This document shows, in pieces, positions 43,571 through 55,900 of a stretch of 64,000 bases of DNA; the stretch's first letter is position 1; every line of letters begins with the position of its first letter. Both the position numbers and the translations under genes were made by a program. The notes beneath the pieces are model-generated. The model did no database searches. It was not told the origin of the DNA and saw nothing but the letters and a program-made list of their open reading frames with translations. This stretch comes from Nitrosospira sp. (GTDB lineage Bacteria; Pseudomonadota; Gammaproteobacteria; Burkholderiales; Nitrosomonadaceae). Where the stretch lies: positions 8,051 to 72,050 of the forward strand of contig JACCWK010000042.1 in the NCBI GenBank assembly GCA_013697655.1, given 5' to 3'.

Positions 43571-44872
43571 ATGGAACAAAAACATACAGCAACTCTCAAT
43601 CTGGATAACGGCGATCAGCCGGTTGAATTTCCCATCATGCCTGGCAGCATGGGGCCGGACGTAGTGGATATTCGCACTTTGCACGCCAAGAGCGGGGTGT
43701 TCACATACGATCCCGGCTTTCTTTCCACTGCCAGCTGCAGTTCCAAAATAACTTTTATCGATGGCGATAAAGGCATACTGCTTTATCGCGGTTACCCAAT
43801 CGAACAGTTGGCCAAGCGATGTGATTTCATGGAAGTGTGTTATTTGCTGATGAATGGGGAATTGCCTACCAGAAACCAAAAGGCATCGTTCGACAAGACA
43901 ATTAAAGAACACACCATGGTGCATGAGCAATTGGCGCGGTTCTTCACCGGGTTTCGCCGCGACGCTCATCCTATGGCGGTAATGGTTGGGGTAGTCGGTG
44001 CATTGTCAGCGTTTTATCACGATGCGATGGACATTTCCGATGCCTCGCACCGCGAACTGTCGGCTTTCCGCCTGGTAGCGAAATTACCCACCATTACGGC
44101 AATGACCTATAAATACAATATCGGCCAGCCTTTCGTCTATCCGCGCAATAATCTTAGCTATGCGGAAAATTTCATGCACATGATGTTCGCCACTCCCGCC
44201 GAGGATTACAAGCCTAACCCGGTATTGGCGCGGGCACTGGATCGTATCCTGATACTACATGCCGACCATGAGCAGAACGCTTCCACTTCCACCGTGCGCC
44301 TCGCCGGGTCCAGCGGCGCAAACCCATTTGCCTGTATTTCCGCCGGCATCGCCTGCTTATGGGGACCCGCGCATGGCGGAGCAAACGAGGCCTGCCTGAA
44401 TATGCTGGAGGAAATCGGCGATGACTCGCGCATCGGCGAATATATCGACCGCGCTAAAGACAAAAACGACAGTTTTAGACTAGTGGGCTTCGGTCACCGT
44501 GTATATAAGAATTTTGATCCCCGTGCAAAATTGATGCGCGAAACCTGCCATGAGGTGTTGAGCGAACTAGGATTGCATGACGACCGTTTGTTCAAGCTGG
44601 CGCTGAAACTGGAAAAAATCGCGCTGGAAGATGAATACTTCATCTCCAAGAAACTCTATCCCAACGTTGACTTCTACTCCGGTATCGTACAGCGTGCTTT
44701 GGGAATTCCGATTTCCATGTTCACTGCCATATTTACCATGGCTCGTACAGTGGGCTGGATTGCACAGTGGAGCGAAATGATTTCCGATCCGGAATACAAA
44801 ATAGGACGCCCGCGTCAGCTTTATACGGGAGCTACTACCCGGGATGTGGTGCCAATTGCATTGCGTAAATAA
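43571..44872 (+). CDS. gltA: Citrate synthase, type II
   Basis: [39 protein letters not shown] and YPNVDFYSG. Confidence 0.98.
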   Translation: MEQKHTATLNLDNGDQPVEFPIMPGSMGPDVVDIRTLHAKSGVFTYDPGFLSTASCSSKITFIDGDKGILLYRGYPIEQLAKRCDFMEVCYLLMNGELPTRNQKASFDKTIKEHTMVHEQLARFFTGFRRDAHPMAVMVGVVGALSAFYHDAMDISDASHRELSAFRLVAKLPTITAMTYKYNIGQPFVYPRNNLSYAENFMHMMFATPAEDYKPNPVLARALDRILILHADHEQNASTSTVRLAGSSGANPFACISAGIACLWGPAHGGANEACLNMLEEIGDDSRIGEYIDRAKDKNDSFRLVGFGHRVYKNFDPRAKLMRETCHEVLSELGLHDDRLFKLALKLEKIALEDEYFISKKLYPNVDFYSGIVQRALGIPISMFTAIFTMARTVGWIAQWSEMISDPEYKIGRPRQLYTGATTRDVVPIALRK

Positions 44873-44899
44873 TCTGGCTTTGCCTAAACGACGAGGTCT

Positions 44900-47755
44900 T
44901 TGGCGATGATGAAGCAGTTGTTGAATGACTCCTGGTTGTTCGGCGCAAATGCGCCCTTCATCGAAGAGCTTTACGAAGACTATCTGCAAAACCCCGCATC
45001 GATTCCAGTTGAATGGAGTAAATATTTCGATAGATTGCAACCGGTGCAAGAACAAATTTGTCGCGATGTGTCGCACCGCCCAGTCATCGAATCCTTCATT
45101 CGTCCGCCAAAAGAGGATGCCCGCGGCGCCAGTCAGCATGCCTCCAGGGAAGCTGCGTCGGAGTTGGGCAACCTTGCAGCAGAGCGCAAGCAGATATCGG
45201 TGCTGCAGTTAATCAATGCTTATCGTTTTCTCGGCGTGCGCCATGCCGATCTCGATCCTCTCAAGCACCAGGAAAAGCCGTACATCCCTGAACTCAATCC
45301 TGGCCATTACGGATTGACCGAATCAGATTTCGACACAGTTTTTGGCACCGGTTCCTTGATTGGCCCAGCCCGTGCATCGTTGCGGGAAATTATGCAGATA
45401 TTATTGCAAACCTACTGCGGCAGTATCGGTGTCGAATATATGTACATTGCCGACACCGAGCAAAAACGATGGATACAAAATCGCATCGAAGGTCCGCGCT
45501 CACAACCCAGTTTCTCAGCCGAATATAAACGCCATATTCTGGAGCGTCTCAATGCGGCGGAAGGGTTGGAGAAATATCTGCATACACGCTATGTCGGACA
45601 GAAACGCTTCTCCGGCGAAGGCGGTGAGAGCCTGATTCCGTTATTGGACAACCTGCTGCAACGTGCCGGCCAGATGGGTATACAGCAAATGGTCATCGGC
45701 ATGGCACACCGTGCACGCCTTAATGTGCTGGTCAATACCTTAGGTAAAACACCCGCCGATCTGTTCCAGGAATTCGAAGGCAAGCATCCTCAGGAGCTCA
45801 CCGAAGGCGACGTTAAATATCATCAGGGCTTTTCCTCTGCCGTATCTACACCCGGTGGGGTTATGCGCCTGACACTGGCATTCAACCCTTCACACCTGGA
45901 AATCGTGGATCCAGTAGTGGAAGGTTCGGTACGCGCCCGCCAACACCGTGCACGAGACAGGGATGGCAACCTGGTTTTGCCGGTACTGTTGCATGGTGAT
46001 GCTGCATATTCCGCACAGGGAGTGGTGATGGAGACGTTGAATCTATCCCAAACACGTGGTTATGGTACCGGCGGCACGGTACATATCATTATCAACAACC
46101 AGATCGGTTTTACAACTTCAGATCCGCGGGATGCCCGTTCCACGCTTTATTGTACCGATGTGTCGAAGATGATTGAGGCACCGATTTTCCACGTCAATGG
46201 AGACGATCCTGAAGCAGTCGTGATGGTGACCGAAATCGCACTCGATTTCCGGATGAAATTTCACAAGGATGTGGTAATCGACATGGTTTGTTTCCGCACT
46301 CTCGGCCACAATGAGCAGGATGAGCCCATGGTGACACAGCCGCTGATGTACAAGATCATCGCCAATCATCTCGGTACTCGCAAGCTCTTTGCGGACAAAT
46401 TGGAAAAAGAGGGGATCATTGATGCCGGTGAGGCGGAGTTAATGGCCAAGGCCTACCGCGATGACATGGACGCGGGCCGCAATCTCAATAAAACGATCCT
46501 TTATGGTTATAAATCGCCGGATGCAGTGGATTGGACCCCCTTTCTCAAGGGCCAAAAATGGGATGTAAAGGTTAAGACCGGGCTACCGGTAACGGAATTA
46601 CGGAATCTGGCGGAACGCCTGACCGATATTCCCGCCAAATTCAAATTGCATTCTCGGGTGGAAAAAGTTATCGCCGACCGCCGTTTGATGAGCGAAAGCA
46701 AGCTGCCGCTGGATTGGGGAATGGCCGAAAACCTCGCCTATGCAGCGCTTTTGAAAGATGGTTTCGGCATACGCATTTCGGGGCAGGATTCGGGACGTGG
46801 AACTTTCTTTCACCGCCACGCGGTGCTTCATGACCAAAACAGAGAGCGGTGGAACGAAGGCACATATGTTCCATTGCGCCACATTACGCCAGAGCAGCCG
46901 GATTTCGTGATAATCGATTCGGTATTATCGGAAGAAGCCGTACTCGGCTTCGAGTACGGCTACGCTACCGCAGAACCAAATGAACTGGTGGTATGGGAAG
47001 CACAGTTTGGTGATTTCGCCAACGGTGCTCAGGTGGTATTAGATCAGTTCATTGCATCCGGCGAAGCCAAATGGGGACGGCTATGCGGTCTGGTAATGAT
47101 ACTTCCTCACGGCTATGAGGGACAAGGGCCGGAGCACTCTTCAGCACGCCTGGAGCGCTATCTGCAACTGTGTGCGGAATATAACATCCAAGTATGTGTT
47201 CCCTCCACACCTGCGCAGATGTTTCATGTCCTGCGCCGGCAGATGATCAGGCCATTGCGCAAGCCGCTTGTCATCATGAGTCCAAAAAGCATGCTGCGCC
47301 ACAAGGAATCGGTGTCGAGCCTTACGGAGCTCGCAAATGGCTATTTTCAAAATATTATTCCAGAAGCTGAAAAGCTTGATCCAAAAAAGACGCGGCGTAT
47401 TATCGCCTGTTGCGGCAAGGTTTATTACGACCTGCTGGCCTACCGCCGAAAACATGAAGTCGTGGATATCGCGATAATCCGTATTGAACAGTTGTATCCA
47501 TTTCCCCATAGCGATCTTCAGGTTGAGATCGAGCGCTATCCAAATGCGAAAGATATAATCTGGTGCCAGGAAGAGCCCGGCAATCAAGGTGCCTGGCATC
47601 GCATTCAGCACTATCTACTAAGGCACAAACGCCCGGAACAGGTTCTGGGCTATGCGTTGCGGCCTTCGTCGGCCTCACCAGCGGTAGGATATCTGGCAAA
47701 GCACAACCTTCAACAGAAGGAATTAATAGAAGCAGCATTTCGCGAGAAAATTTAA
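44900..47755 (+). CDS. sucA: 2-oxoglutarate dehydrogenase E1
   Basis: GMAHRARLN, GDVKYHQG, the TPP motif HGDAA, SGQDSGRGTF and WEAQFGDFANGAQ. Confidence 0.98.
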   Translation: MAMMKQLLNDSWLFGANAPFIEELYEDYLQNPASIPVEWSKYFDRLQPVQEQICRDVSHRPVIESFIRPPKEDARGASQHASREAASELGNLAAERKQISVLQLINAYRFLGVRHADLDPLKHQEKPYIPELNPGHYGLTESDFDTVFGTGSLIGPARASLREIMQILLQTYCGSIGVEYMYIADTEQKRWIQNRIEGPRSQPSFSAEYKRHILERLNAAEGLEKYLHTRYVGQKRFSGEGGESLIPLLDNLLQRAGQMGIQQMVIGMAHRARLNVLVNTLGKTPADLFQEFEGKHPQELTEGDVKYHQGFSSAVSTPGGVMRLTLAFNPSHLEIVDPVVEGSVRARQHRARDRDGNLVLPVLLHGDAAYSAQGVVMETLNLSQTRGYGTGGTVHIIINNQIGFTTSDPRDARSTLYCTDVSKMIEAPIFHVNGDDPEAVVMVTEIALDFRMKFHKDVVIDMVCFRTLGHNEQDEPMVTQPLMYKIIANHLGTRKLFADKLEKEGIIDAGEAELMAKAYRDDMDAGRNLNKTILYGYKSPDAVDWTPFLKGQKWDVKVKTGLPVTELRNLAERLTDIPAKFKLHSRVEKVIADRRLMSESKLPLDWGMAENLAYAALLKDGFGIRISGQDSGRGTFFHRHAVLHDQNRERWNEGTYVPLRHITPEQPDFVIIDSVLSEEAVLGFEYGYATAEPNELVVWEAQFGDFANGAQVVLDQFIASGEAKWGRLCGLVMILPHGYEGQGPEHSSARLERYLQLCAEYNIQVCVPSTPAQMFHVLRRQMIRPLRKPLVIMSPKSMLRHKESVSSLTELANGYFQNIIPEAEKLDPKKTRRIIACCGKVYYDLLAYRRKHEVVDIAIIRIEQLYPFPHSDLQVEIERYPNAKDIIWCQEEPGNQGAWHRIQHYLLRHKRPEQVLGYALRPSSASPAVGYLAKHNLQQKELIEAAFREKI

Positions 47756-47767
47756 AAAAGGAAAATT

Positions 47768-49048
47768 ATGCTCGTTGAAGTCAAAGTTCCAGTGTTATCC
47801 GAAGCAGTAGCGGAGGCCACCCTGCTTTCCTGGCACAAGAAAGTAGGAGAACATATTGATCGTGCTGAAAACCTGATTGAGATCGAGACTGATAAAGTAG
47901 TGCTGGAATTGCCGGCTCCCGTTACGGGCATATTGGCCAAGATCGTCAAAGGTGACGGGGCAACGGTTATGAGCGGTGAAACAATTGCCATGATAGAAAC
48001 CGAGCCCCAAGCCGCAGCCTTGACTGCAGGTGCTCCCGCAGCGGAACCCGTCTCATCAAGGACATCGAATGCGCATCTCACCGCAACTGCTTCAAGTTCT
48101 GCCCCTGATGTTACGTCAACATGGCCGATGATGCCGGCCGCCCAAAATATGGCGGCGCAGGCAAATCTCGAGGTTGGGGAGATCAACTCGATCAAAGGTA
48201 GCGGCCGCGGCGGCCGCATCACTAAGGACGATGTTGCGGCGCATGTAGAACGCAAGTCCTCATGTTCACCCGCCGCCGCGCAAGCCGCCACAGCAGAGGT
48301 ACCTGTACCTGTACCTGTACCTGTACCTGTACCTGCACCTGCGGAGGATCGCTCGGAACAACGTGTAACCATGTCGAGGTTGCGGGCTCGCATCGCCGAG
48401 CGGTTGGTTCAGTCACAATCCACCGCGGCAATATTGACCACCTTCAACGAGGTCAATATGCAAGCGATAATGGATTTACGCGCGCGATATAAGGATAAAT
48501 TCGAGAAAAAACATGGGATCAAGCTTGGCCTCATGTCTTTTTTTGTCAAAGCAGCGGTAGCGGCGTTAAAACAATTTCCCATCGTCAATGCATCAGTGGA
48601 TGGGAACGATATCATCTACCATGGCTATTACGATATTGGCATTGCCGTAAGCAGCCCACGCGGGTTAGTAGTGCCCATCATTCGCGATGCGGACACCTTG
48701 TCGCAAGCCGAAATCGAAAAACAGGTCTCTGACTTCGGCAAACGTGCTCAAGATGGCAAATTAACCATCGAAGAATTAACCGGCGGAACATTTTCAATTA
48801 CAAATGGCGGCATATTCGGCTCAATGCTCTCAACCCCTATCATCAACCCGCCGCAAAGCGCTATTCTTGGTATCCACGCCACAAAAGAACGTCCAGTGGC
48901 CGAGAATGGCCAGGTCGTGATTCGTCCGATGAACTACCTCGCGCTGTCCTACGACCACCGCATCATAGATGGGCGAGACGCGGTGCTCTCTCTAGTAGCA
49001 ATGAAAGAAGCGCTTGAATATCCGATGAGCCCGTTGCTGGAGACCTGA
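47768..49048 (+). CDS. sucB: 2-oxoglutarate dehydrogenase E2, dihydrolipoamide succinyltransferase
   Basis: Lipoyl motif IETDKVV, E3-binding [13 protein letters not shown] and catalytic YDHRIIDG. Confidence 0.98.
   Translation: MLVEVKVPVLSEAVAEATLLSWHKKVGEHIDRAENLIEIETDKVVLELPAPVTGILAKIVKGDGATVMSGETIAMIETEPQAAALTAGAPAAEPVSSRTSNAHLTATASSSAPDVTSTWPMMPAAQNMAAQANLEVGEINSIKGSGRGGRITKDDVAAHVERKSSCSPAAAQAATAEVPVPVPVPVPVPAPAEDRSEQRVTMSRLRARIAERLVQSQSTAAILTTFNEVNMQAIMDLRARYKDKFEKKHGIKLGLMSFFVKAAVAALKQFPIVNASVDGNDIIYHGYYDIGIAVSSPRGLVVPIIRDADTLSQAEIEKQVSDFGKRAQDGKLTIEELTGGTFSITNGGIFGSMLSTPIINPPQSAILGIHATKERPVAENGQVVIRPMNYLALSYDHRIIDGRDAVLSLVAMKEALEYPMSPLLET
48299..48340 (+). repeat. In-frame hexamer microsatellite (GTACCT)6 plus GCACCT in the sucB linker
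   Basis: Six perfect tandem copies encoding (VP)6 followed by AP. Confidence 0.95.
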
Positions 49049-49121
49049 TGCAGATATTAAGTATACTTTTATCGGCTCATATTCTTATGTCATTTTACAA
49101 TTATTTATCATAAAATCTAAC

Positions 49122-50567
49122 ATGTCTCAATCTTTCGACGTGGCAGTAATCGGCGCTGGACCTGGCGGCTACGTGGCAGCGATACGCTGCGCCCAATTGG
49201 ACCTTAATACCGTTTGCATAGATGAATGGAAAAATCCACAAGGTAAAGCCAGTCTGGGTGGCACTTGTCTGAATGTAGGCTGCATTCCGTCAAAGGCGCT
49301 GCTGGAATCTTCGGAGAATTACGAACGTGCCGCACATAAATTTTCAGCTCATGGAATCAAGATAGAAGGCCTGTCCGTGGATGTTTCCATAATGATGTCC
49401 CGCAAAGATAAAATAGTTGCGGGGTTCACCGGTGGCGTCGCCATGTTGTTGAAGAAAAATAAAGTGATTTCAATGCATGGGCGCGGAACGTTGCTCAAGT
49501 GCGGCAAATACAGCGACAGCAATGCGTTTTGGCAAATCGAAGTAAGAAACGGAGACAAGGTAGATACTGTCGAGGCGAAACATATCATCATTGCGACGGG
49601 GTCGGCGCCACGTCGGTTGCCATTCGCACCTGTGGACAATGAGCGAATACTGGACAATACCGGCGCGCTGGCATTGACTGAAGCGCCCAAACGGCTGGGC
49701 GTGGTGGGTGGCGGCGTGATCGGTCTGGAAATGGGCAGCATGTGGCGAAGACTCGGTTCGGCAGTAACGATTCTTGAAGCACTTCCCGGCTTCCTTACGG
49801 CCGCCGACGAACAAGTGGCAAAAGAAGCAAGAAAAATCCTCACCAGAGAAACAGGGCTGATAATACAAACCGGTATCAAAATAAACGGAATCAAAACCGG
49901 CGAAAATATAACCGTGGAATATATTGACGATCAGGGCGCGGCACAAAAGCTGGAAGTGGATAAACTGATCGTCGCGGTTGGCCGAATTCCCAATACCACC
50001 GGCTTGGGTGCAGAAAATGTCGGGCTAAAAATGGATGACAGCGGCTACATCGAGGTGGACAACGGTTGCCGCACCAACCTGCCAAATGTATATGCCGTGG
50101 GTGACGTGGTGCGGGGCCCCATGCTGGCTCATAAAGCCTCCGAAGAAGGCGTCGCGGTTGCCGAAAGCATTGCTGGTCAGGCTGGACATGTGAATCTCGA
50201 TACAATTCCATGGGTGATCTATACCTCACCTGAGATTGCCTGGGTAGGCAAGACGGAGCAGGAATTGAAAACGTCGGGCATTCCATATAAAGCAGGACAA
50301 TTTCCTTTCATGGCTAACGGACGTGCGCGCGCCTTGGGCGAAACGGGCGGTTTCGTGAAAGTGCTGGCGGATGCGAGCACTGACCGCATCCTGGGCATTC
50401 ACATGATTGGCCCCTATGTTTCCGAGATGATCGCCGAAGCGGTAGTGGCGATGGAATTTGCAGCAAGCAGCGAGGATATTGCGCGCATTGTTCATGCTCA
50501 TCCATCTTTGTCGGAAGTACTGCACGAAGCGGCGCTGGGGGTCGCTAAACGGGCGCTGCATATATGA
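49122..50567 (+). CDS. lpdA: Dihydrolipoyl dehydrogenase
   Basis: GAGPGGY, the redox disulfide GGTCLNVGCIPSK, GGGVIGLE and HAHPSLSE. Confidence 0.98.
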   Translation: MSQSFDVAVIGAGPGGYVAAIRCAQLDLNTVCIDEWKNPQGKASLGGTCLNVGCIPSKALLESSENYERAAHKFSAHGIKIEGLSVDVSIMMSRKDKIVAGFTGGVAMLLKKNKVISMHGRGTLLKCGKYSDSNAFWQIEVRNGDKVDTVEAKHIIIATGSAPRRLPFAPVDNERILDNTGALALTEAPKRLGVVGGGVIGLEMGSMWRRLGSAVTILEALPGFLTAADEQVAKEARKILTRETGLIIQTGIKINGIKTGENITVEYIDDQGAAQKLEVDKLIVAVGRIPNTTGLGAENVGLKMDDSGYIEVDNGCRTNLPNVYAVGDVVRGPMLAHKASEEGVAVAESIAGQAGHVNLDTIPWVIYTSPEIAWVGKTEQELKTSGIPYKAGQFPFMANGRARALGETGGFVKVLADASTDRILGIHMIGPYVSEMIAEAVVAMEFAASSEDIARIVHAHPSLSEVLHEAALGVAKRALHI

Positions 50568-50657
50568 GGCGACAGCCCGGATTTTGAATTTTCGGCCGCG
50601 GATATGCCCCGGTTCTTAATATTTTCCATGATTCCAGAAAAATGAATAAATCATAAA

Positions 50658-50681
50658 GCGGTCCACCAGCAGGTGGACCGC
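50658..50681. terminator. GC-rich hairpin after lpdA, probable terminator
   Basis: GCGGTCCACC-AGCA-GGTGGACCGC forms a perfect 10 bp stem; the U tract is weak. Confidence 0.55.
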
Positions 50682-50849
50682 GTAAATTTGCTATATCAGT
50701 CTACCCGTGTCCACGCAAGACGAAAAATCAATGCGATCCATTTTCTTGTCCATGTTGAAACCCCAGCTTTGCCATCTCGTCTTTGAATGCCTTTCAGCAA
50801 GCCCAGTAACGATTCTTTGGAGTAAAATGCAGGTTTTACGAATTTCTCC

Positions 50850-51497
50850 ATGACGATTGGCATCACCATTGCCCTTTCCAAGGGCCGCATATTTGACGAT
50901 ACCGCGCCGCTGCTGAAAGTAGCGGGCGTTGTCGCGCTGGACGATCCTGAAACGTCACGCAAACTGATACTCGCAACCAACCGCGATGATGTACGACTTA
51001 TCATCGTGCGGGCTTCGGACGTGCCGACGTACGTGCAATACGGTGCGGCGGACATGGGCATCGCCGGCAAGGATGTGTTACTGGAGCATGGCGGGTCGGG
51101 GCTTTATCAGCCACTGGACTTGAATATCGCCCGCTGCCGCATGATGGTGGCGGTGCCCGAAGATTTTGATTACGAATCCGCTATACGCCGGGGGGCAAGA
51201 CTGCGGGTGGCGACCAAGTATTTACATACGGCGCGCGAACACTTCGCGGAAAAAGGCATGCATGTGGACCTTATCAAGCTCTACGGTTCGATGGAACTCG
51301 CGCCGCTGGTGGGATTGGCGGATGCGATCGTGGATCTGGTATCCAGTGGCAATACGCTGAAGGCTAACCATCTTAAGGCGGTGGAAGAGATCATGCCAAT
51401 TTCAGCACGGCTGGTCATCAACCAGGCAGCACTGAAATTGAAACGAGAAATGATACAACCGATGCTGGACGCATTTTCAGCGGCAATCCGGAATTAA
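50850..51497 (+). CDS. hisG: ATP phosphoribosyltransferase, short form
   Basis: [30 protein letters not shown] and [11 protein letters not shown]; the 215 aa length fits the HisZ-dependent short form. Confidence 0.97.
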   Translation: MTIGITIALSKGRIFDDTAPLLKVAGVVALDDPETSRKLILATNRDDVRLIIVRASDVPTYVQYGAADMGIAGKDVLLEHGGSGLYQPLDLNIARCRMMVAVPEDFDYESAIRRGARLRVATKYLHTAREHFAEKGMHVDLIKLYGSMELAPLVGLADAIVDLVSSGNTLKANHLKAVEEIMPISARLVINQAALKLKREMIQPMLDAFSAAIRN

Positions 51498-51501
51498 TGC
51501 G

Positions 51502-52842
51502 TTGGCAACCATGGCACAGCCAGAATCCCCTCTTATGATTCAGATCAAACGATTATCTTCTGCCGATACCGGCTTCCAAGTGGCGCTAGAGAAACTGCTG
51601 GCGTTTGAAGACGCTCATGATACGGCGGTAGATGCAACGGTCTCCGATATTCTCACAAATATAAAGAAACGCGGGGACGAAGCCCTGCTGGAATACACGC
51701 GCCGCTTCGATCATCTTGACGTAAGCTCGGTGGCAGAACTTGAATTGTCCCAAAGCTGCTTGAAGCAGGCTCTGCAAAGCCTGCCTACAGATCAGCGTAC
51801 CGCGCTGGAGCAGGCTTCGGGACGAATACGCGCTTACCATGAAAAGCAACTGGCGCAATCCTGGAGTTATACGGAACCTGACGGAACGCTGCTTGGCCAA
51901 AAAATCACTCCAGTGAATTGTGTCGGGTTATATGTTCCCGGTGGCAAGGCATCTTATCCTTCATCGGTGCTGATGAATGCAATTCCCGCCAAGGTCGCAG
52001 GGGTGAGCGAACTTATCATGGTGAGCCCGGCTCCCGCTGGGAGAAAAAATAATCTGGTGCTGGCTGCGGCGGCGATTTGCGAGGTGGATCGGCTATTTAC
52101 CATTGGCGGCGCCCAGGCTGTCGGGGCGCTGGCCTACGGTACCGAGACGGTGCCGCGCGTGGACAAGATTGTTGGACCGGGCAATGAATATGTAGCGGCA
52201 GCCAAGCGCCGCGTATTTGGCGTGGTAGGCATAGATATGGTAGCAGGCCCGTCCGAAATCCTGGTGATTTGCGATGGCAAAACCGATCCTGACTGGATTG
52301 CAATGGATCTGTTTTCGCAAGCCGAACACGATGAACTGGCCCAGGCAATCCTTCTTTCTCCCGACGCAGATTTTATCGATGCGGTGGCGAACAGTATTGC
52401 ACGACTACTGGAAACAATGCCACGCAAGGCAGTGATACGTGCCTCGCTGGAAAACCGTGGGGCTCTGATTCAAGTACAAGATCTTGATGAAGCCTGCGCC
52501 ATCGCTAACCACATAGCGCCCGAGCATCTGGAGTTATCAGTCGAGCACCCCCAAAAATGGGCAGAAAAAATCAGGCATGCCGGTGCAATTTTTCTGGGAC
52601 GCTACACTTCTGAAGCACTGGGAGACTATTGCGCCGGTCCCAATCACGTGCTTCCCACCTCCCGTACCGCGCGCTTTTCGTCGCCATTAGGCGTGTATGA
52701 TTTTCAGAAACGTACCAGCCTCATCCAGGTATCGCAGCAAGGGGCGGCAAAACTAGGCGCCATTGCTTCAATCCTGGCTCATGGAGAGGGTCTGCAAGCC
52801 CACGCGATGTCGGCGGAATACCGATACAAGAAAGGCAATTAA
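51502..52842 (+). CDS. hisD: Histidinol dehydrogenase
   Basis: [44 protein letters not shown] and GPNHVLPT. Confidence 0.98.
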   Translation: MATMAQPESPLMIQIKRLSSADTGFQVALEKLLAFEDAHDTAVDATVSDILTNIKKRGDEALLEYTRRFDHLDVSSVAELELSQSCLKQALQSLPTDQRTALEQASGRIRAYHEKQLAQSWSYTEPDGTLLGQKITPVNCVGLYVPGGKASYPSSVLMNAIPAKVAGVSELIMVSPAPAGRKNNLVLAAAAICEVDRLFTIGGAQAVGALAYGTETVPRVDKIVGPGNEYVAAAKRRVFGVVGIDMVAGPSEILVICDGKTDPDWIAMDLFSQAEHDELAQAILLSPDADFIDAVANSIARLLETMPRKAVIRASLENRGALIQVQDLDEACAIANHIAPEHLELSVEHPQKWAEKIRHAGAIFLGRYTSEALGDYCAGPNHVLPTSRTARFSSPLGVYDFQKRTSLIQVSQQGAAKLGAIASILAHGEGLQAHAMSAEYRYKKGN

Positions 52843-52927
52843 CCACCAGGCTTGTATCAGGCTTACCCTCAGCCACGCTAAGGACTCCACAATAACAAAA
52901 ATTTGTTGAGATCAAGACTTTCCCCGC

Positions 52928-55900
52928 ATGACCGATATCATAGATAACCGGCAGGAATTGCTTGCCGAGCACGTTTGCAAAATTTTACAGCAAACAGACT
53001 CGGTCAAATTTGCCGTCGGCTATTTCTTTGTGAGCGGGCTTCAGGAAATTCGCCAGCAGTTAACCCATATTTCGGCTATTCGCCTTCTCATCGGTAATCA
53101 ATCCAACCAGGACACCATTGATGCGCTGATGCAGCGAGAGATGCATCCTCAGCGTGCGCAGTCGGTTATCGGCAAACTACAAAACCCCAGGGAGAAAAAA
53201 CGCATTGCGGAAGAGACTGGTAAAGGAGTTCGTGAAGCCCTGTCCATTCCACCCTTGACCGATGAGACCGAAGAATTGCTGGCCGAAATCAAAGAGTGGA
53301 TGGCCTCGGGTAAACTTGAGGTGCGAGTCTACACGAAGGAAAAACTCCATGCTAAAGCCTATCTCTTCGCTTACCCCGAGCAAACTTATGAACAGGGTAT
53401 CGGGATCGTAGGCTCCAGCAACCTCACACTTTCCGGGCTACGGAACAACACGGAGCTCAACGTCCTGGTTCACGGTAATGACAACTTCAAGCAGCTCAAT
53501 ACCTGGTTTGATCGACTCTGGGAGGAAGGAGAACCATTTAACACCAGCTTGATGGAGGAAATCGAGCAGAGCTGGGCAAGCGCTGCTTATACGCCGTGGG
53601 ACATTTATCTCAAAACGCTTTACAAGCTGGTGGAAGATCGCCTTGATTATTCCGACAGCCACGTGCTGCATTGGGATGACAAGTTTCCACCCTTGACGAG
53701 GTTTCAGAAGGTAGCGGTCGACCAAGGCCTGAAAATCCTGCGCGATCACGAAGGTGTGTTCATCTCGGATGTGGTGGGATTGGGTAAAACCTTCGTCGGT
53801 CTTGGAATGCTGAAAAATCTCTATCGCTCCGGGTTAAAGCACCAGATCATCATCTGTCCCAATTCGCTGGAAGAGAATTGGAAGGAAGTTACCCGCGAAT
53901 ATGGGATTTTCCCGGATCTCATTCCCATATCACAAATTTCTGTCGAGAACTCGCCACTGAATAATGCCTGGACACAAAGTGCCGATATCGTACTGATAGA
54001 CGAATCCCACAATTTCCGTAATGCCGATTCACAGCGCTATGAAGCACTGGAGAATTTTTTACGGGGAAAGAAGGTCATCCTGCTGACTGCCACGCCGCGC
54101 AACAATAGCGCCTGGGATATTTACCACCAGCTTCGCTTATTCCAGGATGATGCGACGTCTACTCTCGATATCGGTGCTTACGATAATCTCAAGAAATATT
54201 TCAAGAAAGTAGCTGAGTTGGAAAAAAAATCGCAAGACCAAGGACTGCCTCAGAACCTACGCGATCAAGCGGCAAAAACAGCGGAGCGGATGATCGAACA
54301 TCTTCTGCTACAAGTTCTCATCCGTCGAACCCGCAGCCATATCAGGAAACATTATGCTGACAATTTGATAAACGGCGCACCGATAGAATTTCCCACCCGC
54401 AAACTCAATCGATTCGATTACAGCATAGATGCCACATATAACGGCCTCTATGCAGACATTCTCAAACGAATTTCAGACTTGCACTATGCGCGCTATTCCA
54501 TCGGTCTCTATCTCCAACCGGAGTTGACGGAGCGCCAGCCCTATGCACGCCTGGCGCGGGCCGGCCGTAGCTTACGTGGTCTGATGCGTATTCTGCTGCT
54601 TAAGCGATTTGAATCTTCGGTGGAAGCTTTCCGCCTCACGGTGCAAGGAATGATCCGGATGCACAACCGCTTTCTGGCTGTCCTTGAAGAAGGCTATGTC
54701 GTGTCTGATTCCCGGCTGCTCGATAAACTTGAAACCGAAAACGGAAATCTGGATATAGCATTGCTGGAAGAGGAAGACGTCCGGCGTTATGCCATTGCCG
54801 ATTTCCGCGCAAGCGAATTGGAACAGGATCTGCGGGAAGATTTGAACGTTCTCGGCGAAATTCTTGGCATGGTAAAGAATATAGGCGCGGAGCAGGATGA
54901 TAAACTGCAAACGCTGCTTGCCGCGATGCATGGTGAAACCCTTTCGTGTGAAAAAGTCATTATCTTCACCCAATATTCTGATACCGCACGTTATCTCCAT
55001 GATCATCTCGCGAAGGACATCAGCGATTTGGCGGTGATCGACAGCAAAACCAAAAACAGACTGCAAATCCTGCGCCGTTTTTCCCCTAGATCCAACCGTT
55101 ACACGCTCAAGGACAGCGAGAAAAAGATTCGTGTGGTTGTCGCCACCGACGTGTTTTCCGAAGGCTTGAATCTCCAGGACGCCGCCTGCATCATCAACTA
55201 CGATCTGCATTGGAATCCCGTACGCCTGATTCAACGCGTGGGACGTATAGACCGGATTGGTTCGTGCCATGACATCATCCATATCTACAACTTCTTTCCG
55301 GAAGTTGCACTCGACAAGGGGCTGGGACTCAAGGAACGGCTTGCACGCCGGATTCAGGAAATCCACAACACCATCGGTGAGGATGAAAAGATTCTGGATG
55401 AACATGAACAGCTCAATTCGAATGACATGTATGGAATTTACAGCAATGGCGAGCAATCCGTTGACGAGGAAGATGGTGGCTTCGACATTAACGAAGCTGA
55501 AATACTTATCCGCGATTTGAAAGATAACGAGCCGGAACTGTTTAACCGGGTGCGCAACCTCCCCGACGGCATCCGTGCAGGGCTCGCGTCGGATGTAACG
55601 GGCATCTTTGCATTCTTCGGGGTGGGCAAACGCTATAAACGCATGTACCTGATGAACGAAAAAGGCCAACTCGTTGCTTCGGAACCCGCTGAAATCGTGC
55701 CCTTGCTACGCTGCGACAGCGCTACACCGGGGGAAGCACTGACGCAAACGCACAACCAAGCCGTAGAAGTTGTCCGGCAACTTTTTGCCGAACATATTGA
55801 ACATATTTACCAGAGTCTTTCGCACCCGGTGCTGGAGCCCGAGCAGCACTATACAATCGATCAATTGCGTAAATCACGGCAAGACCTGTTCATCTCGGAT

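Noticed and set aside
50630-50849. His-rich attenuator leader before hisG
   Set aside because: No short ORF with a run of His codons is visible.
52894-52907. AACAAA-AA-TTTGTT dyad before the helicase as an operator
   Set aside because: A short AT-rich dyad likely to arise by chance, with no regulator in the cassette to link it to.
54572-55669. Long antisense ORFs (365 aa here; others at 56980-57690, 43367-43969 and 8632-9213)
   Set aside because: They shadow strongly supported genes on the opposite strand and show no recognisable motifs; this is typical of GC-biased codon usage.
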